Source: an uncultured Bacillota bacterium
Lineage (GTDB): Bacteria > Bacillota > Clostridia > Christensenellales > UBA1242
Assembly (NCBI GenBank): GCA_900545735.1
Contig: URAC01000001.1
Location: forward strand, 1 to 48,871
Direction of reading: 5' to 3'
Length of the DNA stretch: 48,871 nucleotides
In this document: positions 9,074 to 16,233 of the stretch, in pieces
How positions within the stretch are numbered: position 1 is the first letter of the stretch
Layout: the number at the start of each line of letters is the position of its first letter
Notes under the pieces: model-generated
Database searches by the model: none
Told to the model about the DNA's origin: nothing
What the model saw: only the letters and a program-made list of their open reading frames with translations
Made by a program: the position numbers and the translations under genes

Positions 9074-10613
9074 AAGGATTTAAGTTTGATGGGCTTTCAA
9101 TGCTTATTTTCTTTTTTAAACTAACTTCGCTTATATTATTTTTTTCTTGTGGTGGAATAATCTCAACTTGATTTTCAGGCAAAGTCATTCCTTCTCCCAA
9201 AGTTTCAGTTCCTTCAACAATGATGCCTTTTTGAGGATAATAAAATTCATCTCTGATTAATTTCTCGCTGACCACTTCGCCATCTTTCAAATATTGCAAA
9301 TAGGCTTTTGAATGATAGCCTTCTGATGGCTTTTTAATCCTGTAATATTCACCAATATAGGTTACTTTGTCGGAATACTCACCTTTTTCGTCTTTTATTA
9401 TCATATCTCCTTCGTGTGGCAAAGTTTCTATAAATTCCGCACGGCGTTTAATTTCATAGCCCTCTTCAAGCGGTTCGCCATATACTTCCACATAAGCATT
9501 CTCATCATCGCCATAAGTTTTAATGTAAATTGGGTGTTCTAAATTGTTTTTAAATCTAAAATCTGAATATCCTTCACTCACCATCGCGTCAAAAGCAAGT
9601 GGAACATAAGAAACAGGAATTGAATGTGGGTGAACTTCCAAAACTTCAATATCGGACAAAATCAATGCGTTATACAATGTTGTTGATGCTTGACAAGCCC
9701 CGCCGCCATAATCTTCAACATAAATTCCATTCAAAATTATATTTGCTTTCATATAGCCTTTATCTGCCGTTTTATCGCCTGTTACATCGTTAAAGCTTAT
9801 TTCTTCGCCAGGATTTATGACCATTCCGTTAAAGTCTTGCAAGGCGCGATTGACATTGTTTTTTCTTCCGAGCGCGCTAGATTTATAACTTGTTGAAAAT
9901 TTTGAGCGGAGTTTAGTGTTGGCAAATATGTCCGTTTCAGTTGTGTAATCGACCTTAGTAACTGGAACTTCAACGCTTATTTTGCTTCCACCTTTAAAGG
10001 CTTCGTCAATCTTGCTGTATAATGCCGTTTTATCCACTTGAACTCTGCAAGCACCTTCAACCGCTGTGAACATTTCTTCACCTTCTTTGCTAGGGTCAAA
10101 ATTTATGCAAGGCTCGCTCGCTTCGCATTCAATTTTGTTGATTACATCATCAATCTTTTTATCAAAATCCCCTAAGATGTATCTATAACTTATATTATAA
10201 TTTAGTCCTTCATTTTTAAGTTTTTTAACTTTAGCCATCTTTTGGGCTGCACTTCCATTTCTCGCTTCCGCATAGGTTTGTTCTACTATAGGAAAAATAT
10301 TGCTATTCGTTTCAAAATCTTTTCCAGATAGGCTCCAAGTCTTATCTTCATATTTCAATTCGATATCAATATTATCTTTATCGCTAATCATTTTGGAAGA
10401 AATCAAACTGGAAACTTGCTCCTTGCTCATTCCAGAAACATTTATTCCATTAACTGAGGTGTTATCATAAAACTCGTTATTGCTGATATATCCATTGTCC
10501 ATAAACAAGCCAAACACTAAAAGTGCAGACAAAACGAAAGCGGAAAATAGGATTGTCAACATAATCAACTTTGAAGATTTATCAACTTTTGTTTTTTGCT
10601 TATCATCTTTCAT
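9072..10613 (-). CDS. VanW family protein (N-terminal membrane anchor plus VanW domain)
   Basis: VanW-like core: INPGEEISFNDVTG...GYMKANII...GGGACQASTTLYNALILSDIEVLEVHPHS...DAMVSEGYSDFRFKN. I moved the start to ATG 10613 (MKDDKQK), which has GGAG upstream. The longer track ORF runs through the terminator of the upstream gene. Confidence 0.8.
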   Translation of the reverse strand: MKDDKQKTKVDKSSKLIMLTILFSAFVLSALLVFGLFMDNGYISNNEFYDNTSVNGINVSGMSKEQVSSLISSKMISDKDNIDIELKYEDKTWSLSGKDFETNSNIFPIVEQTYAEARNGSAAQKMAKVKKLKNEGLNYNISYRYILGDFDKKIDDVINKIECEASEPCINFDPSKEGEEMFTAVEGACRVQVDKTALYSKIDEAFKGGSKISVEVPVTKVDYTTETDIFANTKLRSKFSTSYKSSALGRKNNVNRALQDFNGMVINPGEEISFNDVTGDKTADKGYMKANIILNGIYVEDYGGGACQASTTLYNALILSDIEVLEVHPHSIPVSYVPLAFDAMVSEGYSDFRFKNNLEHPIYIKTYGDDENAYVEVYGEPLEEGYEIKRRAEFIETLPHEGDMIIKDEKGEYSDKVTYIGEYYRIKKPSEGYHSKAYLQYLKDGEVVSEKLIRDEFYYPQKGIIVEGTETLGEGMTLPENQVEIIPPQEKNNISEVSLKKKISIESPSNLNP

Positions 10614-10705
10614 AACTACTCCAATATCGGAATTAGTATTTGCATCACAATAAAAATAATTCAAAAAACTCTCCAAATTTAAGGAGAGTTTTTAAATATA
10701 TATTT

Positions 10706-11470
10706 TTAATTAGCACAAGAAGATAATTCATAAATCAAATTGTGTAGTTGTGCTTTGGAAATTGACTTTTCTGTTATCTTCTGCCCTTCTTTTATTATCG
10801 TTTCGCCATTTACAGACTTTATGCTGCTCGAAGCCGTTCTTCCTAACAAAAAATATGGGTTTTGTTTTATCTTTTTGGGTATTGTCAAAGTTAAATTTTT
10901 ATCTGCGCTGCTCAACTCACCAATCGTTTTCAATTCCGCCCCTGTAACACTTTTTGAAGCCATATCGTTTAAAATCGAAACTTTTAAATCGGGAATTTTA
11001 TTCAAATTAAATGCGTTTTTAGGTCTTAATGCGGACTTTTTAAACTTGCAATCGTCATATCCAAAAAACACAACATCATCGCCCAAATTTACAACCTTTT
11101 CAAAAGGTAACAAAACGCCCTTGTTTGTTTCCAAAGACAAAACATTATATTGCTCATCAAAATATAACTCTTTAATTGTTCCGCAATCTTCCCCACAAAT
11201 AGATAACGCTATTTTGTTCAAAACATTCACGCTTTCGCTCTCAACAAAAGCAAGTTTGGAAACATTTTTTATTATCAAAGCATCTTCCTTTGCACTTTCA
11301 ATGTCAGAACTTTTGATAAAATATTCCTTTTCTTCATCGCTAGAAAGCATAAAAAAGCCTTTGATTTTTTTGCTTGAAATATTGATATTAACATTTATTA
11401 TCGTTCCTAGCCACAATCCTTCAAATAGGGAAAATACTGGCTTTGAAATTACTTCAGATAACTTTTGCAT
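10706..11470 (-). CDS. PRC-barrel-like domain protein (YlmC/YmxH-like), tentative
   Basis: The start ATG 11470 is preceded by GGAGGAG. The N-terminal pattern KPVFSLFEGLWLGTI...KIKGF resembles PRC-barrel proteins. This assignment is weak. Confidence 0.4.
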   Translation of the reverse strand: MQKLSEVISKPVFSLFEGLWLGTIINVNINISSKKIKGFFMLSSDEEKEYFIKSSDIESAKEDALIIKNVSKLAFVESESVNVLNKIALSICGEDCGTIKELYFDEQYNVLSLETNKGVLLPFEKVVNLGDDVVFFGYDDCKFKKSALRPKNAFNLNKIPDLKVSILNDMASKSVTGAELKTIGELSSADKNLTLTIPKKIKQNPYFLLGRTASSSIKSVNGETIIKEGQKITEKSISKAQLHNLIYELSSCAN

Positions 11471-11577
11471 CACTCCTCCACGCTAATTTAATTTATTTTA
11501 AAAATCAAGCAATTATGCTTACACTGTTGCTTTTTGTTTAAAATAGTGCTAAAATTTTTGTAGATGGAGTAAGTATT

Positions 11578-12558
11578 ATGTGTTTTTTTAGAAAATATAA
11601 AAAAATTGCCCCTAAATTAAATATTGAAAATAAAGAACTGGTCATTAAACAAAAACTTGGAAGAAAAGGCATCAAGTTTGGCGCAAAACTTTTTGTTCCA
11701 AGAAATTTTGTCTTCGCTACCACAAAAAACGGCAAGATTTTGGACCTAGTCAGTCAAGGCGAATACGAAATCACCCCTAAACTTTTAAAAGAAACGGTCT
11801 TAAAATTAAAACTATATAAACCTAATAAGAAAAACAAAACGGCAAAATATGCCCCTGTGGAAGTATACTTTGTCAATTTGAACGACTTTGACCAAGTCGC
11901 TTGGCAAACTAATAATAAAGTCGATTTGGAAGACAAAAAGTATGGCGCATATAAAATCTCCGCTAAAGGAAGATACAATTTTAATATTGTAAACACAGAA
12001 AAATTTCTCAAATTTTTATACTCCGATGTAATAGAAATTACAAGCGAAAATTCTGCAAACTTGCTTTTAAATTCCGTTAATAATTTCATCACCAAACTTT
12101 TGTATGACAAAAATTATAGCGCTGAAAAACTATATTTTAAAGATAAAGAAATAACAAGCGACTTGTTCGTTTCATTAAGTGAACATTTGCACAACATTGG
12201 CATAAATTTAGAAGGGATTACGCTTGAAAATGTTGAATTTCCAAACAAAACTTTAAAGATGTTAGAGCAACTTGCCACCCCGCCAAAAGAAAGTCAAGGA
12301 AGTGGAAAATCCGCGTTTGAAAACTGGCAAGCGAACAACCCAAACCCAGTTAAAAAAGGCATTCAATTTGTTACGATAGAGCCTGAAAAGAAAGGCAAAA
12401 AGAACTTTTTTAAAGAAAGTATGGCGCCATATTTCTTTGCTGAAGAAGACGAAGAAGAACCTGCACAACCTGTTAAGAAAAAATCTAAATGGCTTGGCCC
12501 TATTGAAAAAGAAAAAATTGAAAAATCAAAACAATTTGTCAACCTTGACGACAATTAA
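11578..12558 (+). CDS. SPFH / virion-core-like domain protein (YdjI-like), tentative
   Basis: 326-aa ORF with GGAG upstream. The pattern VYFVNLNDF..VAWQT...YGAYKISAKGRYNFNIVNTEKFL resembles SPFH-like YdjI family proteins. The tail is lysine-rich. Confidence 0.45.
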   Translation: MCFFRKYKKIAPKLNIENKELVIKQKLGRKGIKFGAKLFVPRNFVFATTKNGKILDLVSQGEYEITPKLLKETVLKLKLYKPNKKNKTAKYAPVEVYFVNLNDFDQVAWQTNNKVDLEDKKYGAYKISAKGRYNFNIVNTEKFLKFLYSDVIEITSENSANLLLNSVNNFITKLLYDKNYSAEKLYFKDKEITSDLFVSLSEHLHNIGINLEGITLENVEFPNKTLKMLEQLATPPKESQGSGKSAFENWQANNPNPVKKGIQFVTIEPEKKGKKNFFKESMAPYFFAEEDEEEPAQPVKKKSKWLGPIEKEKIEKSKQFVNLDDN

Positions 12559-12585
12559 AAAACTCCCCTTTTAGGGAGTTTTTAT
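12557..12585. terminator. Bidirectional terminator hairpin
   Basis: AAAA-AACTCCC-cttta-GGGAGTT-TTTATTTT. Confidence 0.65.
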
Positions 12586-12595
12586 TTTAATTTAA

Positions 12596-13207
12596 TTAAG
12601 CATTTCGTTTAATATCGTAACCAATATCTCTCAAAAGTGTGTTTGCATCAACTGCTGAACTATCACTAACTTTAACCCAACCGTCACCGATTGTTGTGGT
12701 TAAATTGCTGCAATTATAGAAAGCGCTATATCCAATGCTGGTTACGCTGCTTGGAATTGTTATTGATGTTAATCCGCTGCAATTATAGAATGCATAATCT
12801 CCAATGCTGGTTACGCTGCTTGGAATAATAATAGAATTTAGTGCAGAACACTCTAAAAAGACATTTTCACCTATTCTTTGAACTCCTTCCTCTATAACTA
12901 CTGTTTTAAGACTAGTGCAACTATAAAATACACCATAGTCAATAAATTCAACGCTTCCTGGAATAGTAACTGATTCTATAGATAAACCGCCAAGTGCACC
13001 ATAATCAATCTCTTTAACAGTTTGTTTTGAATAAAGAATACTTGTTGTTGCACACAATGTTTTAAATTTGAATTCCATTTTTGGATAAGCTGCCATAAAT
13101 TCTTCATCAGTCATACTACCAATAGGATCTAGAATATCAAACAAATCTCGTTGCGTGTTCAATGTTTGTGAACCATTAAAAGTACAAGGATATTTAATAC
13201 TCGCCAT
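12596..13207 (-). CDS. BspA-type leucine-rich repeat protein (no signal peptide seen; start uncertain, possibly 5'-truncated)
   Basis: Tandem ~23-aa LRR units (IPSSVTSIGDYAFYNCSGLTSITIPSSVTSIGYSAFYNCSNLT). The DNA has an exact 26-nt repeat spaced 69 nt apart. The frame stays open to 13315, but that extension begins with a TTG inside a terminator hairpin, so I chose ATG 13207 (MASIKY). Confidence 0.6.
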   Translation of the reverse strand: MASIKYPCTFNGSQTLNTQRDLFDILDPIGSMTDEEFMAAYPKMEFKFKTLCATTSILYSKQTVKEIDYGALGGLSIESVTIPGSVEFIDYGVFYSCTSLKTVVIEEGVQRIGENVFLECSALNSIIIPSSVTSIGDYAFYNCSGLTSITIPSSVTSIGYSAFYNCSNLTTTIGDGWVKVSDSSAVDANTLLRDIGYDIKRNA

Positions 13208-13294
13208 ATTTGCGCCTGCTGTATTGTAAAATTCTTCTTTGCTTGAATAGCCTTCAACTACAATTTTGAAATCTCTTTCTCTAACTCTAAATTT

Positions 13295-13407
13295 TGAATA
13301 AAAAAATCGAGCCAAACGCTCGACAATTTACAATTCTAGCGGTTGTGCCACCGCGTCTACTTGCGTCGTTTCCTTTAACTTTCTAATTACTTATACCCCG
13401 CACTTGC
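13295..13407. repeat. Copy B of a 113-nt direct repeat in a GC-rich hairpin-dense noncoding block
   Basis: gaataaaaaaaTCGAGCCAAAcGCTCGAcaattt...aGCGGTTGTGCcACCGCg...taCCCCGCACTTGC. Roughly three quarters identical by eye to copy A. Confidence 0.75.
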
Positions 13408-13528
13408 AAAAATCCTATCACCTTCGCAGCAATCACTTCGCACGAGAGTACCGACCGAAATGAGCTGTGCACATTTCGCGTTTGGTCGGTATAGAGGAAA
13501 TTGCGAGCGCAAAAGCGCTGCATTTTTT

Positions 13529-13641
13529 TGAATAAAAAAATCGAGCCAAAAGCTCGACAATTTGATTTTCAAGCGGTTGTGCTACCGCGACGCCAATCGT
13601 CGTTTCTTTTAATTAGCAAATCACTAATACCCCGCACTTGC
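13529..13641. repeat. Copy A of the 113-nt direct repeat
   Basis: gaataaaaaaaTCGAGCCAAAaGCTCGAcaattt...aGCGGTTGTGCtACCGCg...taCCCCGCACTTGC. It sits exactly 234 nt from copy B. Confidence 0.75.
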
Positions 13642-13668
13642 GGGCGGGAATCCTCCCGCTTGTTTTTT

Positions 13669-13702
13669 AAAAAAAACAAACGGAGAACATTTCTGTTCTC
13701 CG
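13669..13702 (-). terminator. Rho-independent terminator downstream of tRNA-Val
   Basis: The minus strand reads CGGAGAACAGAAATGTTCTCCG followed by TTTGTTTTTTTT. Confidence 0.7.
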
Positions 13703-13714
13703 TCCGCAAGTGCT

Positions 13715-13790
13715 TGGTGGGCAGTAAGGGACTCGAACCCCTGACTTCCTCCACGTCAAAGAGACACTCTACCAACTGAGTTAACTGCCC
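13715..13790 (-). tRNA. tRNA-Val (anticodon GAC), CCA encoded
   Basis: The minus strand reads GGGCAGT-TA-ACTC-AGTTGGTA-GAGT-G-TCTCT-TTGACGT-GGAGG-AAGTC-AGGGG-TTCGAGT-CCCTT-ACTGCCC-A-CCA, which I folded into a cloverleaf by hand. The anticodon stem has two G-U pairs. Confidence 0.8.
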
Positions 13791-13840
13791 AAATACATCA
13801 TTAATATATATGAAAGTGAGCAGTTTGTCAATAATTTTCT

Positions 13841-14146
13841 TTACTTTTTCAAAAATGTCATACAATAAGGCTCAATTAACGAATTAACTGTGATGCCGTT
13901 TGCAGTGCATTTACCCTCTTCATTAAAAATGCAATCAGCCTTGCAGCCGATTTTCATTGTTTTAACATCGCGCTGTCTTGCAAATTCTGGAGTTTCTTGG
14001 AATATAGATTTTGAAAGGTCTGGCTGATTTTTATTGCCTTTCACGAATGTTGTGCAGTCGACTTTTTTACCTATTAAAATTTCTTTTGCTTGGCAAGTTT
14101 GCTTATCGTTATACTTGCAACTGGTTTTTCTACATCTGATATCCAT
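13841..14146 (-). CDS. DUF1540 domain protein (two Cys-rich repeats)
   Basis: Two copies of the pattern C..(x)C.YN....C.A..I.....C.TF (CRKTSCKYNDKQTCQAKEILIGKKVDCTTF and GCKADCIFNEEGKCTANGITV). Confidence 0.6.
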   Translation of the reverse strand: MDIRCRKTSCKYNDKQTCQAKEILIGKKVDCTTFVKGNKNQPDLSKSIFQETPEFARQRDVKTMKIGCKADCIFNEEGKCTANGITVNSLIEPYCMTFLKK

Positions 14147-14248
14147 AATTCACCTTTTTAAAATATTTTTAACTTTTTATAAGCAAATATACATTAATAT
14201 TTGACTTTTTATGAAAAAATAATATATATTATTTCCAAGGAGATATTT

Positions 14249-14692
14249 ATGCAAGTTATATTACAAAGCGATGTCAAAGGAACTGGCAAAAAGGGTCAAG
14301 TAGTCAATGTTTCTGACGGCTATGCAAGAAATTTTTTATTAAAAAAGAACTTGGCAAAGGTTTGCAATAATGAAAGTTTGAGCGCAAACAATCAGCAAAA
14401 AGAAGCGCAAGCGTTTCATAAGGCAGTTGAACTTGCCCAAGCAAAAGAATTAGCAAACAAATTAAATGGCGTTAAAGTAACATTAACAACAAAATGTGGT
14501 GATAATGGAAAGATTTTTGGTTCTATCACTTCAAAAGAGATTTCCGAAAGTTTAGCAAAACAAGGTTTGGATGTTGATAAGAAAAAAATTGTATTGCCTT
14601 CCCCTATCAAAAATTCAGGCAACTATACAATCACCGCAAAAATTTATCCAGAAGTTTCCGCAACTTTTAAGTTGGAAGTCATAGCAGAATAA
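14249..14692 (+). CDS. rplI: 50S ribosomal protein L9
   Basis: [36 protein letters not shown] is a canonical L9 N-terminus. AAGGAG (14237-14242) lies 6 nt upstream of ATG 14249. The track ORF start at 14201 is an upstream extension. Confidence 0.95.
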   Translation: MQVILQSDVKGTGKKGQVVNVSDGYARNFLLKKNLAKVCNNESLSANNQQKEAQAFHKAVELAQAKELANKLNGVKVTLTTKCGDNGKIFGSITSKEISESLAKQGLDVDKKKIVLPSPIKNSGNYTITAKIYPEVSATFKLEVIAE

Positions 14693-14698
14693 AATTAA

Positions 14699-14730
14699 AG
14701 AGCAAACTGAGTTTGCTCTTATTTATTATT
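14699..14730 (+). terminator. rplI terminator
   Basis: Stem AGAGCAAAC-tga-GTTTGCTCT followed by T-rich sequence. Confidence 0.65.
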
Positions 14731-14754
14731 TAATGCTCTGAAGGTTTTTTTCGT

Positions 14755-14782
14755 ATAAAAAAAGCATCATAATGATGCTTTC
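14755..14782 (-). terminator. mscL terminator
   Basis: The minus strand reads AGCATCAT-t-ATGATGCT followed by TTTTTTTT. Confidence 0.6.
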
Positions 14783-14787
14783 AAAAT

Positions 14788-15384
14788 TTATTTATCTTCT
14801 TTTTGTTGTTTTAATAAATCCCTTATTTCTTTTAACAATTCTTCTTGAGTTGGGTTATTTTTTCTTTCCTCTTCTTCTTTTCTTGCCTTTTCTTCAGCTT
14901 CAATTTTGGCTTTTTCTTCTAACGCTCTAGCCTTTTCTGCTTCATACTCCGCTTTTACTTCTTTATAAGGTCTATTTTCCTCTTTTGCTTTAGCTTTGAG
15001 CATTTTCTTTTCAACCCTTACTTCTTTTTTTGACTGATTTTTAACATAGTTTTCCATTTCTTTAAATTTCTTTTGTGAAGCTGTAACAATTTTGACCATA
15101 ATAAAAATTGAGAAAGCAATGATTAAGAAATCAATAATTGTTTGAATAAAATTGCCATAAGCCCAAGTCAAAGTTGCAACACCTTCTGCATTTCTCCTCA
15201 ACACAACGCTTAAATCTGCCAAGCTTGCAGCACCTGTTCCCCAAGTAACAAGTGGCATAATAATATCATTAACCAAACTTGAAACTATTTTATTAAAAGC
15301 AGTCGCAATAATCAAGCCGACAGCCATATCAAAAATGTTTCCCTTAGTAATAAAAGCTTTAAATTCTTTAAAAAATTTCTTCAT
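14788..15384 (-). CDS. mscL: Large-conductance mechanosensitive channel MscL with a ~70-aa K/E-rich C-terminal extension
   Basis: FKAFITKGNIFDMAVGLIIATAFNKIVSSLVNDIIMPLV is the MscL signature N-terminus and TM1. A second TM follows, then a charged coiled tail. Confidence 0.92.
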   Translation of the reverse strand: MKKFFKEFKAFITKGNIFDMAVGLIIATAFNKIVSSLVNDIIMPLVTWGTGAASLADLSVVLRRNAEGVATLTWAYGNFIQTIIDFLIIAFSIFIMVKIVTASQKKFKEMENYVKNQSKKEVRVEKKMLKAKAKEENRPYKEVKAEYEAEKARALEEKAKIEAEEKARKEEEERKNNPTQEELLKEIRDLLKQQKEDK

Positions 15385-15459
15385 AATTTTCTCCTAATTA
15401 AATTAACATTTTGAATATAACACACTAATTTGAAATTTACAAATATAATAACAAAATAA

Positions 15460-15488
15460 TTGACAAAAATTTTAAATTAAATTACACT
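15460..15488 (+). promoter_or_regulatory. Candidate sigma-70 promoter for the tRNA-Thr locus
   Basis: TTGACA (15460-15465), a 17-nt spacer, then TACACT (15483-15488). Confidence 0.35.
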
Positions 15489-15606
15489 ATCAACTGATGT
15501 AAACATCCGCCGCCGCCTTGTTTTTAATTTGTAATAACACATTTGTCTATCAGAACAAGCTAAGCCGAAAGTTTGCATTCAAAAAATCGCCGAACATTTA
15601 TCTCGT

Positions 15607-15643
15607 GCTACTGTGGCTCAGCGGTAGAGCACCACCTTGGTAA
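15607..15643 (+). pseudogene. tRNA-Thr 5'-half pseudo-copy 1 (nt 1-37, ends in the anticodon loop)
   Basis: GCTACTGTGGCTCAGCGGTAGAGCACCACCTTGGTAA has 2 mismatches to the real tRNA. It then diverges into AACAAAAATGGCACTTTTTAA. Confidence 0.85.
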
Positions 15644-15706
15644 AACAAAAATGGCACTTTTTAACCACTAAATTTCACCGCAAAAATCAATCAAAAAACA
15701 GCATCT

Positions 15707-15743
15707 GCTGGTGTGGCTCAGCGGTAGAGCACCACCTTGGTAA
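15707..15743 (+). pseudogene. tRNA-Thr 5'-half pseudo-copy 2
   Basis: GCTGGTGTGGCTCAGCGGTAGAGCACCACCTTGGTAA is identical to nt 1-37 of the real tRNA. It then diverges into AACAAAAACGGCACTTTTTAA. It lies exactly 100 nt from copy 1 and from the real gene. Confidence 0.85.
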
Positions 15744-15806
15744 AACAAAAACGGCACTTTTTAATCACTAAATTTCACCGCAAAATTCAATCAAAAACAG
15801 CACTAT

Positions 15807-15881
15807 GCTGGTGTGGCTCAGCGGTAGAGCACCACCTTGGTAAGGTGGGGGTCACGGGTCCGATTCCCGTCACCAGCTCCA
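15807..15881 (+). tRNA. tRNA-Thr (anticodon GGT), CCA encoded
   Basis: GCTGGTG-TG-GCTC-AGCGGTA-GAGC-A-CCACC-TTGGTAA-GGTGG-GGGTC-ACGGG-TCCGATT-CCCGT-CACCAGC-T-CCA. The hand-folded cloverleaf has all stems Watson-Crick. Confidence 0.92.
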
Positions 15882-15972
15882 TTATCAAAAACCCTTGAAA
15901 CCCTAGTAAAATAGGCACTTTCAGGGGTTTTTCTTTTGCAAAAAATTAAATGAAATTTACTCTCAAAATTCC

Positions 15973-16140
15973 TAGTGTACCTGAAAGTGTACCTTGAAAT
16001 TTTGCTATTTTTTATCAAATTTTCAAAAAAATAGACCAACTTTTGTTGAATTTCAAAAGTCGGTCTAAAACTGCCCTAGTGTACCTAAAACTGCCCTTTA
16101 AGGTACACTTAGGTACACTAGATTTTTCCACTGTACCTTA
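15973..16140. promoter_or_regulatory. Cluster of GTGTACCT repeats (candidate arm-type Int/Xis binding sites) in the att region
   Basis: TAGTGTACCT at 15973 and 16077, and AAGTGTACCT at 15985. Inverted AGGTACAC(T) at 16101 and 16111. A partial TGTACCT at 16132. There is also a duplicated AAAACTGCCCT (16067, 16087) and a 13-bp hairpin at 16032-16067. Confidence 0.5.
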
Positions 16141-16162
16141 AAAATAATTTTACTTGAAAAAC

Positions 16163-16197
16163 AAAAAAAACGAGAGCTGAAATCTTATCAACTCTCG
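16163..16197 (-). terminator. Integrase terminator
   Basis: The minus strand reads CGAGAG-ttgataagatttcag-CTCTCG followed by TTTTTTTT. Confidence 0.55.
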
Positions 16198-16233
16198 CAT
16201 TTCGTTTTAATTAACTATTATTAAATTTATATT

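Noticed and set aside
9072-10676. Longer N-terminal extensions offered by the ORF track for VanW (to 10676), SecA (to 4190), L9 (from 14201), integrase (to 17673), LexA (to 42680) and the DUF4143 ATPase (from 25530)
   Set aside because: In each case an internal ATG with a well-spaced Shine-Dalgarno sequence matches the conserved protein N-terminus. The extension overlaps a terminator, promoter/SOS box or the RBS itself.
10740-11486. 248-aa plus-strand ORF, plus the smaller 10750-10947 ORF
   Set aside because: It is fully antisense to the PRC-barrel-like gene. The translation is low-complexity, F/S/L-rich and typical of a shadow frame in AT-rich DNA. It has no RBS, while the minus-strand gene has GGAGGAG and a terminator.
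13330-13600. T-box riboswitch interpretation of GGTTGTGC(C/T)ACCGCG...TCGTTTC(C/T)TTT on the plus strand
   Set aside because: It superficially resembles the T-box GGGTGGNACCGCG...TCGTCCCTTT. However, the tRNA-acceptor-pairing UGGN is replaced by TGC(C/T). I see no specifier-loop or Stem I conserved elements (AGAGA, AGTA, distal loops). There is also no downstream aminoacyl-tRNA synthetase or amino-acid gene on that strand.
13631-13668. Terminator/antiterminator switch from hairpins CCCGC-ACTT-GCGGG and GCGGGA-ATCC-TCCCGC
   Set aside because: On counting positions, the two hairpins share only one nucleotide (13644). They can form simultaneously and are not mutually exclusive, so this does not support a riboswitch expression platform.
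13387-13865. ORFs 13387-13572(-), 13501-13779(+) and 13569-13865(-)
   Set aside because: They run through terminator hairpins, the duplicated noncoding repeats and the tRNA-Val gene itself. The translations are R/S/C-rich junk, so I treated the region as noncoding RNA/regulatory sequence.
15607-15881. CRISPR-like reading of the regularly spaced 37-nt repeats
   Set aside because: The repeats are the 5' half of the adjacent tRNA-Thr. The 63-nt 'spacers' are nearly identical to each other rather than unique. There are only three units and no cas genes.
15818-16039. 73-aa minus-strand ORF
   Set aside because: It overlaps the tRNA-Thr gene and the att-region repeats, and it has no RBS.
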